Part shown: piece after piece, positions 1 through 12,019 of the stretch | Position numbering within the stretch: position 1 is the first letter of the stretch | How the letters are laid out: each line of letters opens with the position of its first letter | Assembly: GCA_963744995.1 (NCBI GenBank) | Contig: CAVUWA010000011.1 | Coordinates: 451,096-515,095, forward strand | Direction: 5' to 3' | Origin: Candidatus Eiseniibacteriota bacterium | GTDB taxonomy: Bacteria; Eisenbacteria; RBG-16-71-46 | Length of the DNA stretch: 64,000 nucleotides | Notes under the pieces: generated by a model | Told to the model about the DNA's origin: nothing | The model's database searches: none | What the model saw: the letters and a program-made list of their open reading frames with translations, nothing else | Position numbers and translations under genes: made by a program

Positions 1-995
1 GCGGCCCGGGCGTGGCGGCCGAGCTGGTGCGCACGCGCTGCGAGCGCGGCGCCGCGATCGTTTCGCGGCTGGGCTTCGGCTCGAACGTGGCCGAAGCGGT
101 CCGCAACCTCGACGAGCACTGGGATGGCGGCGGTCATCCGCGGGGGCTCGACAGCACCGCGATTCCGATCGCCTCGCGCATCATGGGCCTCGCGCAGACG
201 ATGGACGTGTTCGCAATGATCGAAGGGCCGAACGGCGCCGCGCGCATGATCGAGGCACGCCGCGGACGCTGGTTCGATCCGACGGTCGTGTCGGCGGCGC
301 GTGGCATGGAGAGCCGGCTCGCGATGTGGTGCGGCATGGACGAAGGGCTGCTCGGCCGCGAGGTCATGGCCGCCGAGCCCGGCGGCGCCGCGCTGCTCGC
401 CGGGCCGGGCACGCTGGATCGCATCGCGCAGGGCTTCGCGGACGTGGTGGATGCGAAGTCGCCGTTCACGGGCCAGCATTCGTCGCGGGTCACCGAGATC
501 GCCGTGCGACTGGCCGAGGGCCTCGGCTATGCGCCCGAGGCGATCACGGATCTGCGTCGCGCCGCGCTGCTTCACGACATCGGCAAGCTCTCGGTGTCGA
601 ACGCGATCCTCGACAAGCCCGACAAGCTGACCGAGGACGAGTGGGACTCGGTGCGCATGCATCCCTACTACTCGAAGCGGATCCTCCAGCACGTGCGCGG
701 CTTCGAAGAGATCGCGCACGTCGCCGGGTGTCACCACGAGCGGCTCGACGGCCAGGGTTACTTCGAGGGCCTCGCCGGCGACCAGATCCCGATGCAGGCG
801 CAGATCATCAGCGCTGCGGACGTCTTCGACGCGTTGTCGTCGGAGCGGCCGTATCGTCCGGCGCTCGGCACCGAAGTCGCGCTCGCGATGATGGAGCGCG
901 ATCGCGGCCGGGCGATCGACGGCGATCTGCTCGACCTGCTCGAGCGCATCGCGTACGGGCTCGAAGACCGGACCGCGGAGCGCGAAGCGGCGTAG
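1..995 (+). CDS. HD-GYP domain phosphodiesterase (tandem HD-GYP), 5' end probably outside window
   Basis: Motifs LLHDIGK, HHERLDGQGYF, ADVFDALSSERPYR; a degenerate first domain with DEHWDGGGHP; frame open to the window edge. Confidence 0.9.
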   Translation, partial: GPGVAAELVRTRCERGAAIVSRLGFGSNVAEAVRNLDEHWDGGGHPRGLDSTAIPIASRIMGLAQTMDVFAMIEGPNGAARMIEARRGRWFDPTVVSAARGMESRLAMWCGMDEGLLGREVMAAEPGGAALLAGPGTLDRIAQGFADVVDAKSPFTGQHSSRVTEIAVRLAEGLGYAPEAITDLRRAALLHDIGKLSVSNAILDKPDKLTEDEWDSVRMHPYYSKRILQHVRGFEEIAHVAGCHHERLDGQGYFEGLAGDQIPMQAQIISAADVFDALSSERPYRPALGTEVALAMMERDRGRAIDGDLLDLLERIAYGLEDRTAEREAA

Positions 996-1022
996 GCACG
1001 CCGAAACCGTCCGAACGTGCGA

Positions 1023-1043
1023 GGGCCGCCCGGCGGGCGGCCC
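1023..1043. terminator. GC-rich hairpin between convergent genes
   Basis: gggccgccc-ggc-gggcggccc inverted repeat between the stops at 995 and 1084; no clear U tract. Confidence 0.5.
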
Positions 1044-1083
1044 GCTTCGCATGGGACGCGGGCAGGGTGCCGCAGGGCCGGCG

Positions 1084-1881
1084 CTACAACCGGGTGCCCA
1101 GGGCGCGCGCGAACACGTCCCGGTACTGGCGCGTGAGCCGCAGCACGGTGCCGTCCTCGAGCGTGACGTCGTAGTCGCCGTGTGATCGGCGCGTGAGCCG
1201 CTGCACCGCATCCTTGCGCACCAGCGTGGAGCGATGGATGCGCGCGAAGCGGCCGGCGAGCCGTCGCTCGAAGTCCGCGAGCGTGCCGCGCACCAGATGC
1301 TGCGTCGCGCCGGCGTGCAGGCACACGTAATCGCCCGCGGCTTCCATCCAGCCGACGTCGCCCGGGTCGACGAGCAGGATGCCGTCGCGCCCGGGGACGG
1401 GAATGCGCTCGGTGCCCCGCGCCGGGTGCTCGGCGGCGTCCGCCGGCGGGGCGGAGCGCGCCTCCGCGATCAGGTCGAGCAGCATCTCGCGCATGGCGGC
1501 CGAGCGGCCTTCGCTGATTCGCTGCCGCACGTTGCGCAGCGCTTCGGCGAAGCGCTCGTCGTCGAAGGGCTTGAGCAGATAGTCCACCGCCCGCGCCGCG
1601 AATGCGCGCAGCGCGTAGCGGTCCCATGCGGTGACGAACACGACCGCAGGCAGCCGGTCGGGCGGGAGCGCCTCGATCACTCCGAAGCCGTCGAGCCCCG
1701 GCATCTGGACGTCGAGGAACAGCACGTCCGGCGCGTGCTCGAGCACCGCCGCCACGGCCTGCTTGCCGCTCGCGGCCTCGGCGACGATCTGCACGCCCGC
1801 GTCGCCGGAGAGCAGCTTCCGGATCCGCGATCGCGCTGCCGCCTCGTCGTCGGCGATCATCACGCGCAGGTGGTCCATCAT
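1084..1881 (-). CDS. LytTR-family response regulator
   Basis: REC domain (IADDE, FLDVQMPGLDG, FVTA, DYLLKP) plus LytTR domain (FARIHRSTLV); ATG at 1881 overlaps the kinase TGA (ATGA). Confidence 0.95.
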   Translation of the reverse strand: MMDHLRVMIADDEAAARSRIRKLLSGDAGVQIVAEAASGKQAVAAVLEHAPDVLFLDVQMPGLDGFGVIEALPPDRLPAVVFVTAWDRYALRAFAARAVDYLLKPFDDERFAEALRNVRQRISEGRSAAMREMLLDLIAEARSAPPADAAEHPARGTERIPVPGRDGILLVDPGDVGWMEAAGDYVCLHAGATQHLVRGTLADFERRLAGRFARIHRSTLVRKDAVQRLTRRSHGDYDVTLEDGTVLRLTRQYRDVFARALGTRL

Positions 1882-3062
1882 GCCGCGCCGCCTGCGCCGC
1901 GCTCCGCTGCGCCCGTGCCGAGCGGCAGCCGAATCCGCACCGCGAGGCCGGCATCGGCCTTCGTGGCGATCTCGAGCGCGTGATCGGCGCCGTAGATGTG
2001 ACGCAGGCGCTCGCGGGTGATGCGCAGACCATTGCCCTCTGCAAGGGTGCCCGCGGCGCCGAGTCCGCGACCGTCGTCGGCGATCTCGAGCTGCAGCCAT
2101 GCGCCATCAATGCCGGCCCGGATCGCGATCGAGCCGCCCGTTTCGAGCGGTCCGATACCGTGCCGGATCGCGTTTTCGACGAGCGGTTGCAGCAGCAGCG
2201 GCGGCACCCGTGCCGCGCGCGCCGCGGGCGCGATCTCCCAGACGACGCCGAGTCGCGCTCCGTAACGCACCCGCTCGATGTCGAGGTAGCGCTCGAGGAG
2301 GTCGAGCTCGTCTTCGAGCGGCACGTCGGCCGCCTCACCGATCTCCAGCGTGGTGCGCAACAGATCGCTCAACCGCGCGATCAGCCGCCGGGCCGTCGGC
2401 GCGTCTTCGTCGACGAGTGCGGCGATCGAGTGCAGCGTGTTGAAGAGGAAGTGCGGGTGCAACTGGCTCTGCAGCACCTGCAGCCGCGCCCGCGCGAGGC
2501 CGGCACGCGCATCCGCCGCGTCGGCGCGAGCCCGCGCCGATTCGGCCTGTACGCGCGCGGTCTCGATCTCGCGTTCGCGCAGCTGGCGGAAGCTCCAGAT
2601 CGCGTGATGCACGCCGACGAGGCCCCAGTAGAGAATGATCGCGACGTTGAGCCGTGCCCGGAAGATCGCCGTGAACAGATTCGGAAACGGCTGCTCGGCG
2701 TACGAGGGCATCGCCACCCGCATCCACAGCGCATAGGCGACGAGATAGACCAGCGCGCAGGCGAGTCCGGCGAAAACGTGGACCGGTGCGTGCCGCAGCA
2801 GGCGGCCCGGAACCAGCGGAAAGCGCTGCGCGAGCGCGAAGACGAGCGGTGTCATCAGGCTCCAGACCTGCCACGGCGGCAGCTCGCGCAGAAGCTGCAC
2901 GCCCAGGGCGCCGGGCTGCCCCACGTTGCGTGCCGCGAGGTAGTACTGGCTCGCCGAGAGCAGTCCGACCGCGAACCACGCGCCCGCCACCGCGAGCGCG
3001 GCGCGCAGGCGGGCGCGGCCCCGCGGCGCGGGCGCGGCGGGCGTGTCGTGAACGAGCGTCAT
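1878..3062 (-). CDS. LytS/YehU-type sensor histidine kinase
   Basis: N-terminal TM helices; QLHPHFLFNTLHSI H-box, LQPLVENAIRHG, DDGRG, GNGL; start MTLVHD at 3062. Confidence 0.95.
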   Translation of the reverse strand: MTLVHDTPAAPAPRGRARLRAALAVAGAWFAVGLLSASQYYLAARNVGQPGALGVQLLRELPPWQVWSLMTPLVFALAQRFPLVPGRLLRHAPVHVFAGLACALVYLVAYALWMRVAMPSYAEQPFPNLFTAIFRARLNVAIILYWGLVGVHHAIWSFRQLREREIETARVQAESARARADAADARAGLARARLQVLQSQLHPHFLFNTLHSIAALVDEDAPTARRLIARLSDLLRTTLEIGEAADVPLEDELDLLERYLDIERVRYGARLGVVWEIAPAARAARVPPLLLQPLVENAIRHGIGPLETGGSIAIRAGIDGAWLQLEIADDGRGLGAAGTLAEGNGLRITRERLRHIYGADHALEIATKADAGLAVRIRLPLGTGAAERGAGGAA

Positions 3063-3192
3063 GGCAGGGCAGCATAAGTCGAAACGAGGCCCGCAACACG
3101 CCCAAGCGCACACCGCACCCGCCCGCGCGCCGCCCACGCCGGCTGCGTCCCGGGCGCGGCGCGCGGCGGCGCCGCCTGGGCGCGGATACGGA

Positions 3193-3226
3193 CCGCTTCG
3201 CCGCATGGGGCGGCCGCTTCGTCGCA
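3193..3226 (+). promoter_or_regulatory. Putative LytTR-binding direct repeats
   Basis: CCGCTTCGCCGCA (3193) and CCGCTTCGTCGCA (3214), 21-bp period, in the divergent spacer next to the LytTR system. Confidence 0.7.
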
Positions 3227-3289
3227 GCGCCATTGGCGGCGGTCGCCGCACGCGACAGAGTCGGAGCGGACCCGATCCAGGGAGGCTCC

Positions 3290-4270
3290 ATGAACCGCTT
3301 CGCGTCGTTCCGGTACGCAGTGGTCGCGCTGCTGCTGTCGATCGCGCTCGTCCGATCCGCCGGGGCCGCGTGGCCGCCGGACAAGTTCGACAACCTGAAG
3401 GTGCTGCCGAAGGACGCATCGCGGCGCGAGCTGCTCGACACGATGGCCGGCTTCACGCGCGCCCTCGGCGTACGCTGCTCCCACTGCCACGTGGGCGAAG
3501 AGGGCAAGCCGCTTTCGACCTACGATTTCCCGAGCGACGACAAGGCGACCAAGCGCAAGGCGCGCGAGATGATGCGCATGGTGAACGACCTCAACGGTCG
3601 CTTCCTGCCGTCGCTCGAGTCGCGCGCCGAGCCGCAGGTCGGGGTGCAGTGCGTCACCTGCCACCGCGGCGCCACGGAGCCGCGCATGCTGCAGGACGTG
3701 CTGCTGCACACCTACGAAACGGCGGGCATCGACTCGACGCTCGCCGGGTATCACGCGTTGCGCGAGCGCTATTACGGCCGCTTCACGTATGACTTCGGCG
3801 AGGTGCCGCTGTCGGACGTCGGCACGAAGGTGTCGCAGGACGGTCACCTGGACGATGCGGTCAGGCTCTTCGCGCTCAACGTCGAAGAGAATCCCGGCTC
3901 CGTGCTGGCGAAGCGGCAGCACGGCTCCGCCGCCGTGCTGCAGGCGTTCGTCGCCGGTGGCGCGGACAGCGGCACCGCCGCCTGGCGCCGTCTGCGCGAA
4001 GCGTACGGGGACGCCGCGTTCCCCGAGCGCACGCTCAACCACGTCGGCTATCAGCTGCTCAATCAACAGAAATTCGTCACAGCCATTGCCGCGTTCCGCC
4101 TGAACGCCGAGGCGTTTCCCGAATCCGGCAACACCTTCGACAGCCTCGGCGAGGCGTACATGAAGCACGGTGACCGGGCCGCGGCGATCCGCAGTTACAG
4201 GAAGTCGCTCGAGCTCGACCCGGGCAACTCCAACGCGAAGGAAAAGCTCGAGGCGCTGGGGGCGAAGTAG
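3290..4270 (+). CDS. Exported diheme c-type cytochrome (reaction-centre cytochrome c subunit-like domain) fused to TPR repeats
   Basis: SD GGAGG before ATG 3290; signal peptide; NLKVLP, CSHCH, AREMMRM, CVTCH; C-terminal TPR (DSLGEAY...YRKSLELDPGN). Confidence 0.85.
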   Translation: MNRFASFRYAVVALLLSIALVRSAGAAWPPDKFDNLKVLPKDASRRELLDTMAGFTRALGVRCSHCHVGEEGKPLSTYDFPSDDKATKRKAREMMRMVNDLNGRFLPSLESRAEPQVGVQCVTCHRGATEPRMLQDVLLHTYETAGIDSTLAGYHALRERYYGRFTYDFGEVPLSDVGTKVSQDGHLDDAVRLFALNVEENPGSVLAKRQHGSAAVLQAFVAGGADSGTAAWRRLREAYGDAAFPERTLNHVGYQLLNQQKFVTAIAAFRLNAEAFPESGNTFDSLGEAYMKHGDRAAAIRSYRKSLELDPGNSNAKEKLEALGAK

Positions 4271-4429
4271 CCGGCAGGGCGCCGGGCGCCGTCACGCACC
4301 AGGCGCGACCGTGCGCCCGGCGCCCGCCGGGACCCCGCGCCGGCCGGCGGCAGGGCGCTGCAGAGACCGCGCATCGCGGCCCGCCGCCCGGGTGCACCGT
4401 TCGGATACCGCCTCCGCAGCGGCGTTTAT

Positions 4430-4458
4430 TTGCCCGCGCCCCTCGACGGGTCTAGGAT
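4430..4458 (+). promoter_or_regulatory. Putative sigma70 promoter of the sdh operon
   Basis: TTGCCC-N17-TAGGAT about 40 nt upstream of sdhC. Confidence 0.55.
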
Positions 4459-4497
4459 GCTCGGCGCGCGAAACGGCGCACGCGACCCGGAGGCTCG

Positions 4498-5160
4498 ATG
4501 AAACGCGCGGGAACGCTGTTCACATCGTCGATCGGCAGAAAATGGGTGATGGCCGTGACCGGACTGATTCTCTTCGGTTTCGTCCTCGTCCACATGACCG
4601 GCAACCTGCTGGTCTACCTCGGCCCCGAGGCGATCAACGGCTACGGCGAATTCCTGCGCACGTTTCTGCACGGCGCCGGCCTCTGGATCGCGCGGGCGGT
4701 GCTGCTGACGTCGGTGGTCCTCCACATCTGGGCCGCCTGGACGCTGTCGCTCGAGAACCTCTCCGCGCGCCCCGTCGGCTACCGCCGCACCCACCACGAG
4801 TCGTCGACCTACGCGTCGCGCACGATGGTGTGGGGCGGGCCGATCCTCGCGCTGTTCATCGTGTACCACCTGCTCGACTTCACGACCGGACAGCTGCACC
4901 CCGGCTTCGTGCCGGGCGACGTCTATCACAACTTCATCACCGGGTTCAGCCATCCGCTCGTCGTCGCGGTGTACGTGGTGGCGATGCTGGCGCTCGGCCT
5001 GCATCTCTACCACGGCGTGTGGAGCATGCTGCAGACGATGGGCCTGAACCATCCGCGCTACAACATCGCACGCAAGACGGCCGCGGCGGCGTTCGCGCTG
5101 CTGATCGTCGTGGGCAACATCTCCATGCCGGTCGCGGTGCTGGCCGGGATCGTGCGATAG
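4498..5160 (+). CDS. sdhC: Succinate dehydrogenase cytochrome b subunit (b558 family)
   Basis: [24 protein letters not shown] heme-ligand motifs; multiple TM helices; first gene of sdhCAB. Confidence 0.93.
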   Translation: MKRAGTLFTSSIGRKWVMAVTGLILFGFVLVHMTGNLLVYLGPEAINGYGEFLRTFLHGAGLWIARAVLLTSVVLHIWAAWTLSLENLSARPVGYRRTHHESSTYASRTMVWGGPILALFIVYHLLDFTTGQLHPGFVPGDVYHNFITGFSHPLVVAVYVVAMLALGLHLYHGVWSMLQTMGLNHPRYNIARKTAAAAFALLIVVGNISMPVAVLAGIVR

Positions 5161-5170
5161 GGGGCCGACC

Positions 5171-7083
<1,913 letters not shown>

Positions 7084-7084
<1 letters not shown>

Positions 7085-7830
7085 TGGACCTCAAACTGCA
7101 TGTGTGGCGGCAGAAGAACCGCAACGAGGCCGGCCGCTTCGAGACCTATGCGGCGAAGGACATCAGCCCGCACATGTCGTTCCTCGAGATGCTCGACGTC
7201 GTGAACGAGGGCCTGATCGCAGAGAAGCAGGACCCGATCGCCTTCGACCACGACTGCCGCGAGGGCATCTGCGGCACCTGCGGCATGGTGATCAACGGCG
7301 CCCCGCACGGCCCGCGCAAGCTCACCACCACGTGCCAGCTGCACATGCGCGAGTTCAAGGACGGCGACGAGCTGTGGATCGAGCCGTGGCGCGCGAGGTC
7401 GTTCCCGGTGATCCGCGACCTGATCGTGGATCGCAGCGCGTTCGACGTGATCATCCGCGCCGGCGGTTTCGTGTCGGTGGGCACCGGCAGCGCGCCCGAC
7501 GGGAACGCGATCCCGATCGGCAAGGAGACCGCCGAGGACGCGTTCGACGCCGCCACCTGCATCGGCTGCGGCGCCTGCGTCGCCGCCTGCCCCAACGCTT
7601 CGGCCATGCTGTTCACCGCCGCCAAGATCTCGCACCTGGGCCTCCTGCCGCAGGGCCAGCCCGAGCGCGAGGAGCGCGCGCTGCACATGGTCAAAGCCAT
7701 GGATGAAGCCGGCTTCGGCAACTGCACGAATCACGGCGAGTGCTCGATCGCCTGCCCCAAGGGGATCGACCAGAAGTTCATCGCGCGAATGAACCGCGAC
7801 TACGCGAAGGCGCTGCTGAACCGGAAGTAG
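7084..7830 (+). CDS. sdhB: Succinate dehydrogenase/fumarate reductase iron-sulfur subunit
   Basis: ATG overlaps the sdh[37 protein letters not shown]. Confidence 0.97.
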
Positions 7831-7860
7831 CCGCGGCGCCGGGCCACGGCTTCGCCGCCC

Positions 7861-8808
7861 CTACACCACCGCCGCCCCGCCCCGCTTCATCGCCTCGTAC
7901 AGCCGCTCGGTGTCGTCGCGGCGGCACAGCTCGCTGCCGTGGGTCATCACCGCAGCGGCCCCGGCGGCGACGCCGTAGAGCGCCGCGTCCAGCACCGCCC
8001 AGCCCTGGACGAGCTTCAACACCATGCCTGCGACCGTGCTGTCGCCGGCGCCGACGCGGCTGCGGATCGGCACGCTGGGCGTACGCAGGCGGACCGTGGT
8101 GTCCTTCCACGCCAGCAGCGCGCCGCCCGGGCCGAGCGAGGCGAGCACGATCTCGGCGCTGCCCGCGTCGATGAGCCGGTGTACGGCGCGCTCCTGCGCC
8201 GCGTCGTCCTCCAGCGCTTCGCCCTCGATGTCGCACAATTCGCGCAGGTTGGGCTTCACCAGATAGACGCCGGTCGCGAGCGCGCGGCGCAGCGACTCGC
8301 CGGTGGAGTCCAGCACGAAACGGGCGCCGCGGCGCCTGGCCTCCGCCGCGAGACGCGCGATGAACGTGTGGTCCACGCCGGCCGGCGCACTGCCGCTCGC
8401 CACCACGTAGCCCGCGGCTTCGGTGTGCTCGAGCATCGCCGCGAAGCAGTGCTCGACGTCGGCGCGATCGACGTGCGGGCCGGGCACCACGAAACGGTAG
8501 TCCTGACGCGTGCTGCTCTCCTCGATCGTGATGTTCTCGCGGGTGAGGCCCGAGATCGGGATCGCGTGAAACGGCACCCGTTCGGCGGCGAGCAGGCGCT
8601 CGAGCAGCCGCCCGGCGTCACCGCCGGACGGAAACACCGCGAGCGCTTCGCCGCCGAGGCGCACCACGGCGCGCGCGACATTGATGCCGCCGCCGCCGGG
8701 CTCGAAGCGCGGCGGGCCGGTGCGCAGCTTCCGTTCCGGCAATACGCGTTCGACCATGAGCGTCCGGTCGATCGCCGGGTTCATGGTGAGCGTGACGATG
8801 CGGCTCAT
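7861..8808 (-). CDS. PfkB-family 1-phosphofructokinase-like hexose kinase
   Basis: TLTMNPAID, PGGGGINVAR, KPNLREL, VGAGDS. Confidence 0.92.
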   Translation of the reverse strand: MSRIVTLTMNPAIDRTLMVERVLPERKLRTGPPRFEPGGGGINVARAVVRLGGEALAVFPSGGDAGRLLERLLAAERVPFHAIPISGLTRENITIEESSTRQDYRFVVPGPHVDRADVEHCFAAMLEHTEAAGYVVASGSAPAGVDHTFIARLAAEARRRGARFVLDSTGESLRRALATGVYLVKPNLRELCDIEGEALEDDAAQERAVHRLIDAGSAEIVLASLGPGGALLAWKDTTVRLRTPSVPIRSRVGAGDSTVAGMVLKLVQGWAVLDAALYGVAAGAAAVMTHGSELCRRDDTERLYEAMKRGGAAVV

Positions 8809-8853
8809 GCGGTCCTCGCAGCGGGCGGGCGGAACGGGGCGCCGGCGCCGCGC

Positions 8854-9861
8854 TCAGTGCTGATGAGCGTACAGCACCGCCGCGTTGAACAGGTAGAGCG
8901 CGATCAGTGCGGCGCTCACCCAGCCCAGCGCACGGAGCGGACGCGAGCGCGGCTGGTAGAGCAGCCCGACGATCGCGACGCCGGTCATCATCATCGCGGT
9001 GATCGCGGTCACCACGTGCACGGGATGCACGCTGCCGTAGATCGGGCCGCGCACGTAGAACAGGTCGTCGATCGCGAGGATCAGGATATTGAACAGGTTG
9101 CTGCCCAGCACGTTGCCGATCGCGAGGTTGGTCGCGCCCTGGCGCACGCAGCCGATCGTCACGACGACCTCGGGCAGCGAGGTCGCGAAGGCGATGAACA
9201 GACTGCCCACGAACGAGTGACCCCAGCCCATGACGTCCGCGATCTGCTCGCCCACGAACGGCAGCCAGGTCGCCGCCACGACCACGACCAGCGCCCATGC
9301 GACGTAGCGGATCACCACCTGCCGGAGCGTGAGCGGACTCGACTCCTCACCCAGCTCCTCGGCGTGCTCGGCGATCTGTTCCATCTCGTAAGTGAACACA
9401 CCGCGCATGGAGGTCGCGTAGAGCACGATGATCACCAGGCTGGCGACGCTCACGTGGCCGACACTCGGCATGCCGCCCAGAGCGTGCAGCGCCAGTGACG
9501 CCGCGACGGTACCGATCATCAGCACGCCGAAGCCGGCGGTGAGCACGTGGCCGCGGCTGGCACGGGTGAACACGGGTCCACGGCCGTGCACGGCATCGAT
9601 GATCACCAGGATCAGCAGGTTGAAGACGCAGCTGCCGAGGATGTCGCCGAGCGCGATGTTGGGGGTCTGCGCGATCGTGGACGAGCTGATGCCGGTGAAC
9701 AGCTCCGGCAGCGACGTGACGGACGCCATGAGCACGACGCCGATCCAGGTGCGGCTGGCGCCGGACTTCTCGGCGATGAGGTCGCCGTACCTGGACACGC
9801 GCATGCCGGCGACCCAGATGACGGACGCGCATGCGAGGAACTCCAGCCAGGGAACGAGCAT
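8854..9861 (-). CDS. Sodium:calcium antiporter (YrbG-like)
   Basis: Two alpha repeats, TSLPE...GDILGSCVFN and TSLPE...GNVLGSNLFN; about 10 TM. Confidence 0.9.
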   Translation of the reverse strand: MLVPWLEFLACASVIWVAGMRVSRYGDLIAEKSGASRTWIGVVLMASVTSLPELFTGISSSTIAQTPNIALGDILGSCVFNLLILVIIDAVHGRGPVFTRASRGHVLTAGFGVLMIGTVAASLALHALGGMPSVGHVSVASLVIIVLYATSMRGVFTYEMEQIAEHAEELGEESSPLTLRQVVIRYVAWALVVVVAATWLPFVGEQIADVMGWGHSFVGSLFIAFATSLPEVVVTIGCVRQGATNLAIGNVLGSNLFNILILAIDDLFYVRGPIYGSVHPVHVVTAITAMMMTGVAIVGLLYQPRSRPLRALGWVSAALIALYLFNAAVLYAHQH

Positions 9862-9972
9862 CGCGGCACGATAGCCCGGCGGGAAGGATCGTGCACGCGG
9901 GTGACGCGAGGGGCACGGGCGCTGCGGGCCCTGGCGCGGGGCGTCGGGTGGCGCGCGGCCCGCGCGCTCCGG

Positions 9973-12015
9973 TCAGGACGGGCGCGCCCGGGCCAGCTTC
10001 GCGTCGAGCCGGGGATTCGCACCGAAGCGGGACCGCTCCTCGCGGTACCAGTGCCGCGCTTCGCGCCCTCGCCCCCGGGCGAGCGCGAGGTCGCCGAGGA
10101 TCTCGCGGATCCGGGGCGTCTGCGGCATGAGCCGGACCGTGCGCGCCAGGTGGCGCGCCGCATCGGCGTTGCGCCCGTCCATCAGTGCGAAGAAGCCGAG
10201 CAGCTGGTGCGCGGCGCCGTTCGCGGGCGAGGCGTCCGCCATGCGTTCGGCTTCGGCGCGCGCGCGGGCCCGCAGCGCGGGGTCGGCCTGGCAGGCGTCC
10301 ATCAGGCGGCCGCGGGCGTCGCGCCCGCCCGGGATCACGCGATAGCCGAAACCCGCGGCCAGGCGCGCGAACGGGCCCGCGCGCCGCACGTACAGCTCGG
10401 CGGCATCGTCGCCGAACACCATCACCCAGGTCGAGTCCATGTCGAGCACGTCGAGCAGGTGATCGCCCGGGGTCTGCTCGCGGTCGAGCAGCACGTAGTC
10501 GAAGCGGCGCGCGTGATCGAGCGCGTACCAGTCGGCCGGGCGCCGGAGCGCCGCGTAGTAGTTCGCACGCTCCGCCGCGGTGCTCAACTCGGGCTGGGTG
10601 GTGACGAACGGCAGACGTTCGCGCTCGGCCGGGAAGCGGAACGCCAGGTAGCCGCCGTGCTGCATCTGGTTGAACGTGCGGCCGCGGATGCCGTGCGCGG
10701 CGATGAAGTCGGCGGCGTGCACGGGGGCGTGGCGCATCGCGATGCCGACTCCGAACGGGCGGTCGGGGCGCGTCGTCCCGGCGAACGTGAGTGCGGCGAT
10801 CGCGAGCGCGACCCCCAGCGCCGCGCCGCTGCGGTGGGCGATGGGTACGGCGCCCCCCGCCGCCGGCCCGGCGCCGGGCGCCTCGCCGGGCGCGAGCCGC
10901 GCGCCCAGGTCGCGCGCCATGAACGGCGCGGCGGCCATCGCCCAGACACCCAGGAAGCGCAGCGAGGTCCAGGCGAGCGCGGTGAACGCCGCGCACAGCA
11001 GCGCTTCGACCACGTCCAGGCGCCGGCGACCGGCGCGCAGCAGGATCAGCACCGGCCAGAGCGCGATGAGGACGGGCGTGCCGCTCCGCCAGCCGGGCGC
11101 CCAGCGGAGCGGATGCAGCTCCTCGATGCTCGAGAACATCGGATCGTAGCGCCAGAACAGCGCGAACTGGAACGGCTGCCAGAGCGCGTGCCAGCCGGAG
11201 GGCTGAACGAACGCCGCGAGCGCGGCGAGCAGCCCCGCGCCCCAGAGCGGCAGGCGGGCGCGCCCGGACACGGCGTCGCCCGCCTGCCCGCCGCGGGCGC
11301 CCCGCCGCGCCCGCAGGTCGCCGGCGAGGTGCGCGGCGATCAGCACGAACAGCAGATAGACCGTGACGTGCGCGTTCGCCCAGACGAGCGCGATCGGCAC
11401 CAGCCACCACGATCGGTCGGCGCCGCCGGCGCGGCGCGTCTCGAGGATCCACAGCGAGAGCGCGAACAGGATCGCCGCGAGCGACTCCGGCCGCGCGTCG
11501 GCGCGCATGCGGTAGGTGAGCGCGCAGGCCACGAGCACGAGCCAGGCGAGCAGCCCGCGCGCCCCCATGCGGCGCGCCGCCGCGAACAGCAGGAGGAACA
11601 CGGCGAGCGCCGAGAGCCAGCGCCACGCGAACACGCCCAGGACGCCGCCCGCCGCCCACAACGGCCACAGCACCACACGGAACAGCCACGACGCCGCGAC
11701 CATCGGCGCGCCGTAGTCCGGCCACGTCCAGAGATTCACCTTCATCGCATGGGGATCGGCGACGATCGCCCGCCCCTGGGCGAGCAGCGTCCAGAGGTCG
11801 GTGTCCTGGACGATCGTGGTGACGAGCAGGAGCACCGCGGCGAGCCCGGCGAGCGTCACCGCGAGCAGGGCGGGATCGGTGGGGCGCAGCTCGGCGGTCA
11901 GGGCGCGGCGGACGGCGCCGAGGAACGGCGCGCGGCGCGACGCGGCGGGCGCGGCTCCGCCCGTGCGGGAAGCCGGGCGACCGCCGGTTCGATCGCGCTT
12001 CCCGCGGGACTTCAC
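9973..12015 (-). CDS. Polytopic membrane protein, putative GT-C-fold glycosyltransferase with C-terminal TPR-like helices (start uncertain)
   Basis: DTDLWxxLxxGRxI, RPE, LWANAH, IEE, FNxxxxGGYL motifs of a widespread uncharacterised family; GTG at 12015 just downstream of the DinB stop. Confidence 0.6.
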   Translation of the reverse strand: MKSRGKRDRTGGRPASRTGGAAPAASRRAPFLGAVRRALTAELRPTDPALLAVTLAGLAAVLLLVTTIVQDTDLWTLLAQGRAIVADPHAMKVNLWTWPDYGAPMVAASWLFRVVLWPLWAAGGVLGVFAWRWLSALAVFLLLFAAARRMGARGLLAWLVLVACALTYRMRADARPESLAAILFALSLWILETRRAGGADRSWWLVPIALVWANAHVTVYLLFVLIAAHLAGDLRARRGARGGQAGDAVSGRARLPLWGAGLLAALAAFVQPSGWHALWQPFQFALFWRYDPMFSSIEELHPLRWAPGWRSGTPVLIALWPVLILLRAGRRRLDVVEALLCAAFTALAWTSLRFLGVWAMAAAPFMARDLGARLAPGEAPGAGPAAGGAVPIAHRSGAALGVALAIAALTFAGTTRPDRPFGVGIAMRHAPVHAADFIAAHGIRGRTFNQMQHGGYLAFRFPAERERLPFVTTQPELSTAAERANYYAALRRPADWYALDHARRFDYVLLDREQTPGDHLLDVLDMDSTWVMVFGDDAAELYVRRAGPFARLAAGFGYRVIPGGRDARGRLMDACQADPALRARARAEAERMADASPANGAAHQLLGFFALMDGRNADAARHLARTVRLMPQTPRIREILGDLALARGRGREARHWYREERSRFGANPRLDAKLARARPS

Positions 12016-12019
12016 CGGC

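Noticed and set aside
3290..4270. Evidence of phototrophy (pufC)
   Set aside because: Only two CxxCH motifs, fused to TPR, and no reaction-centre or bacteriochlorophyll genes nearby.
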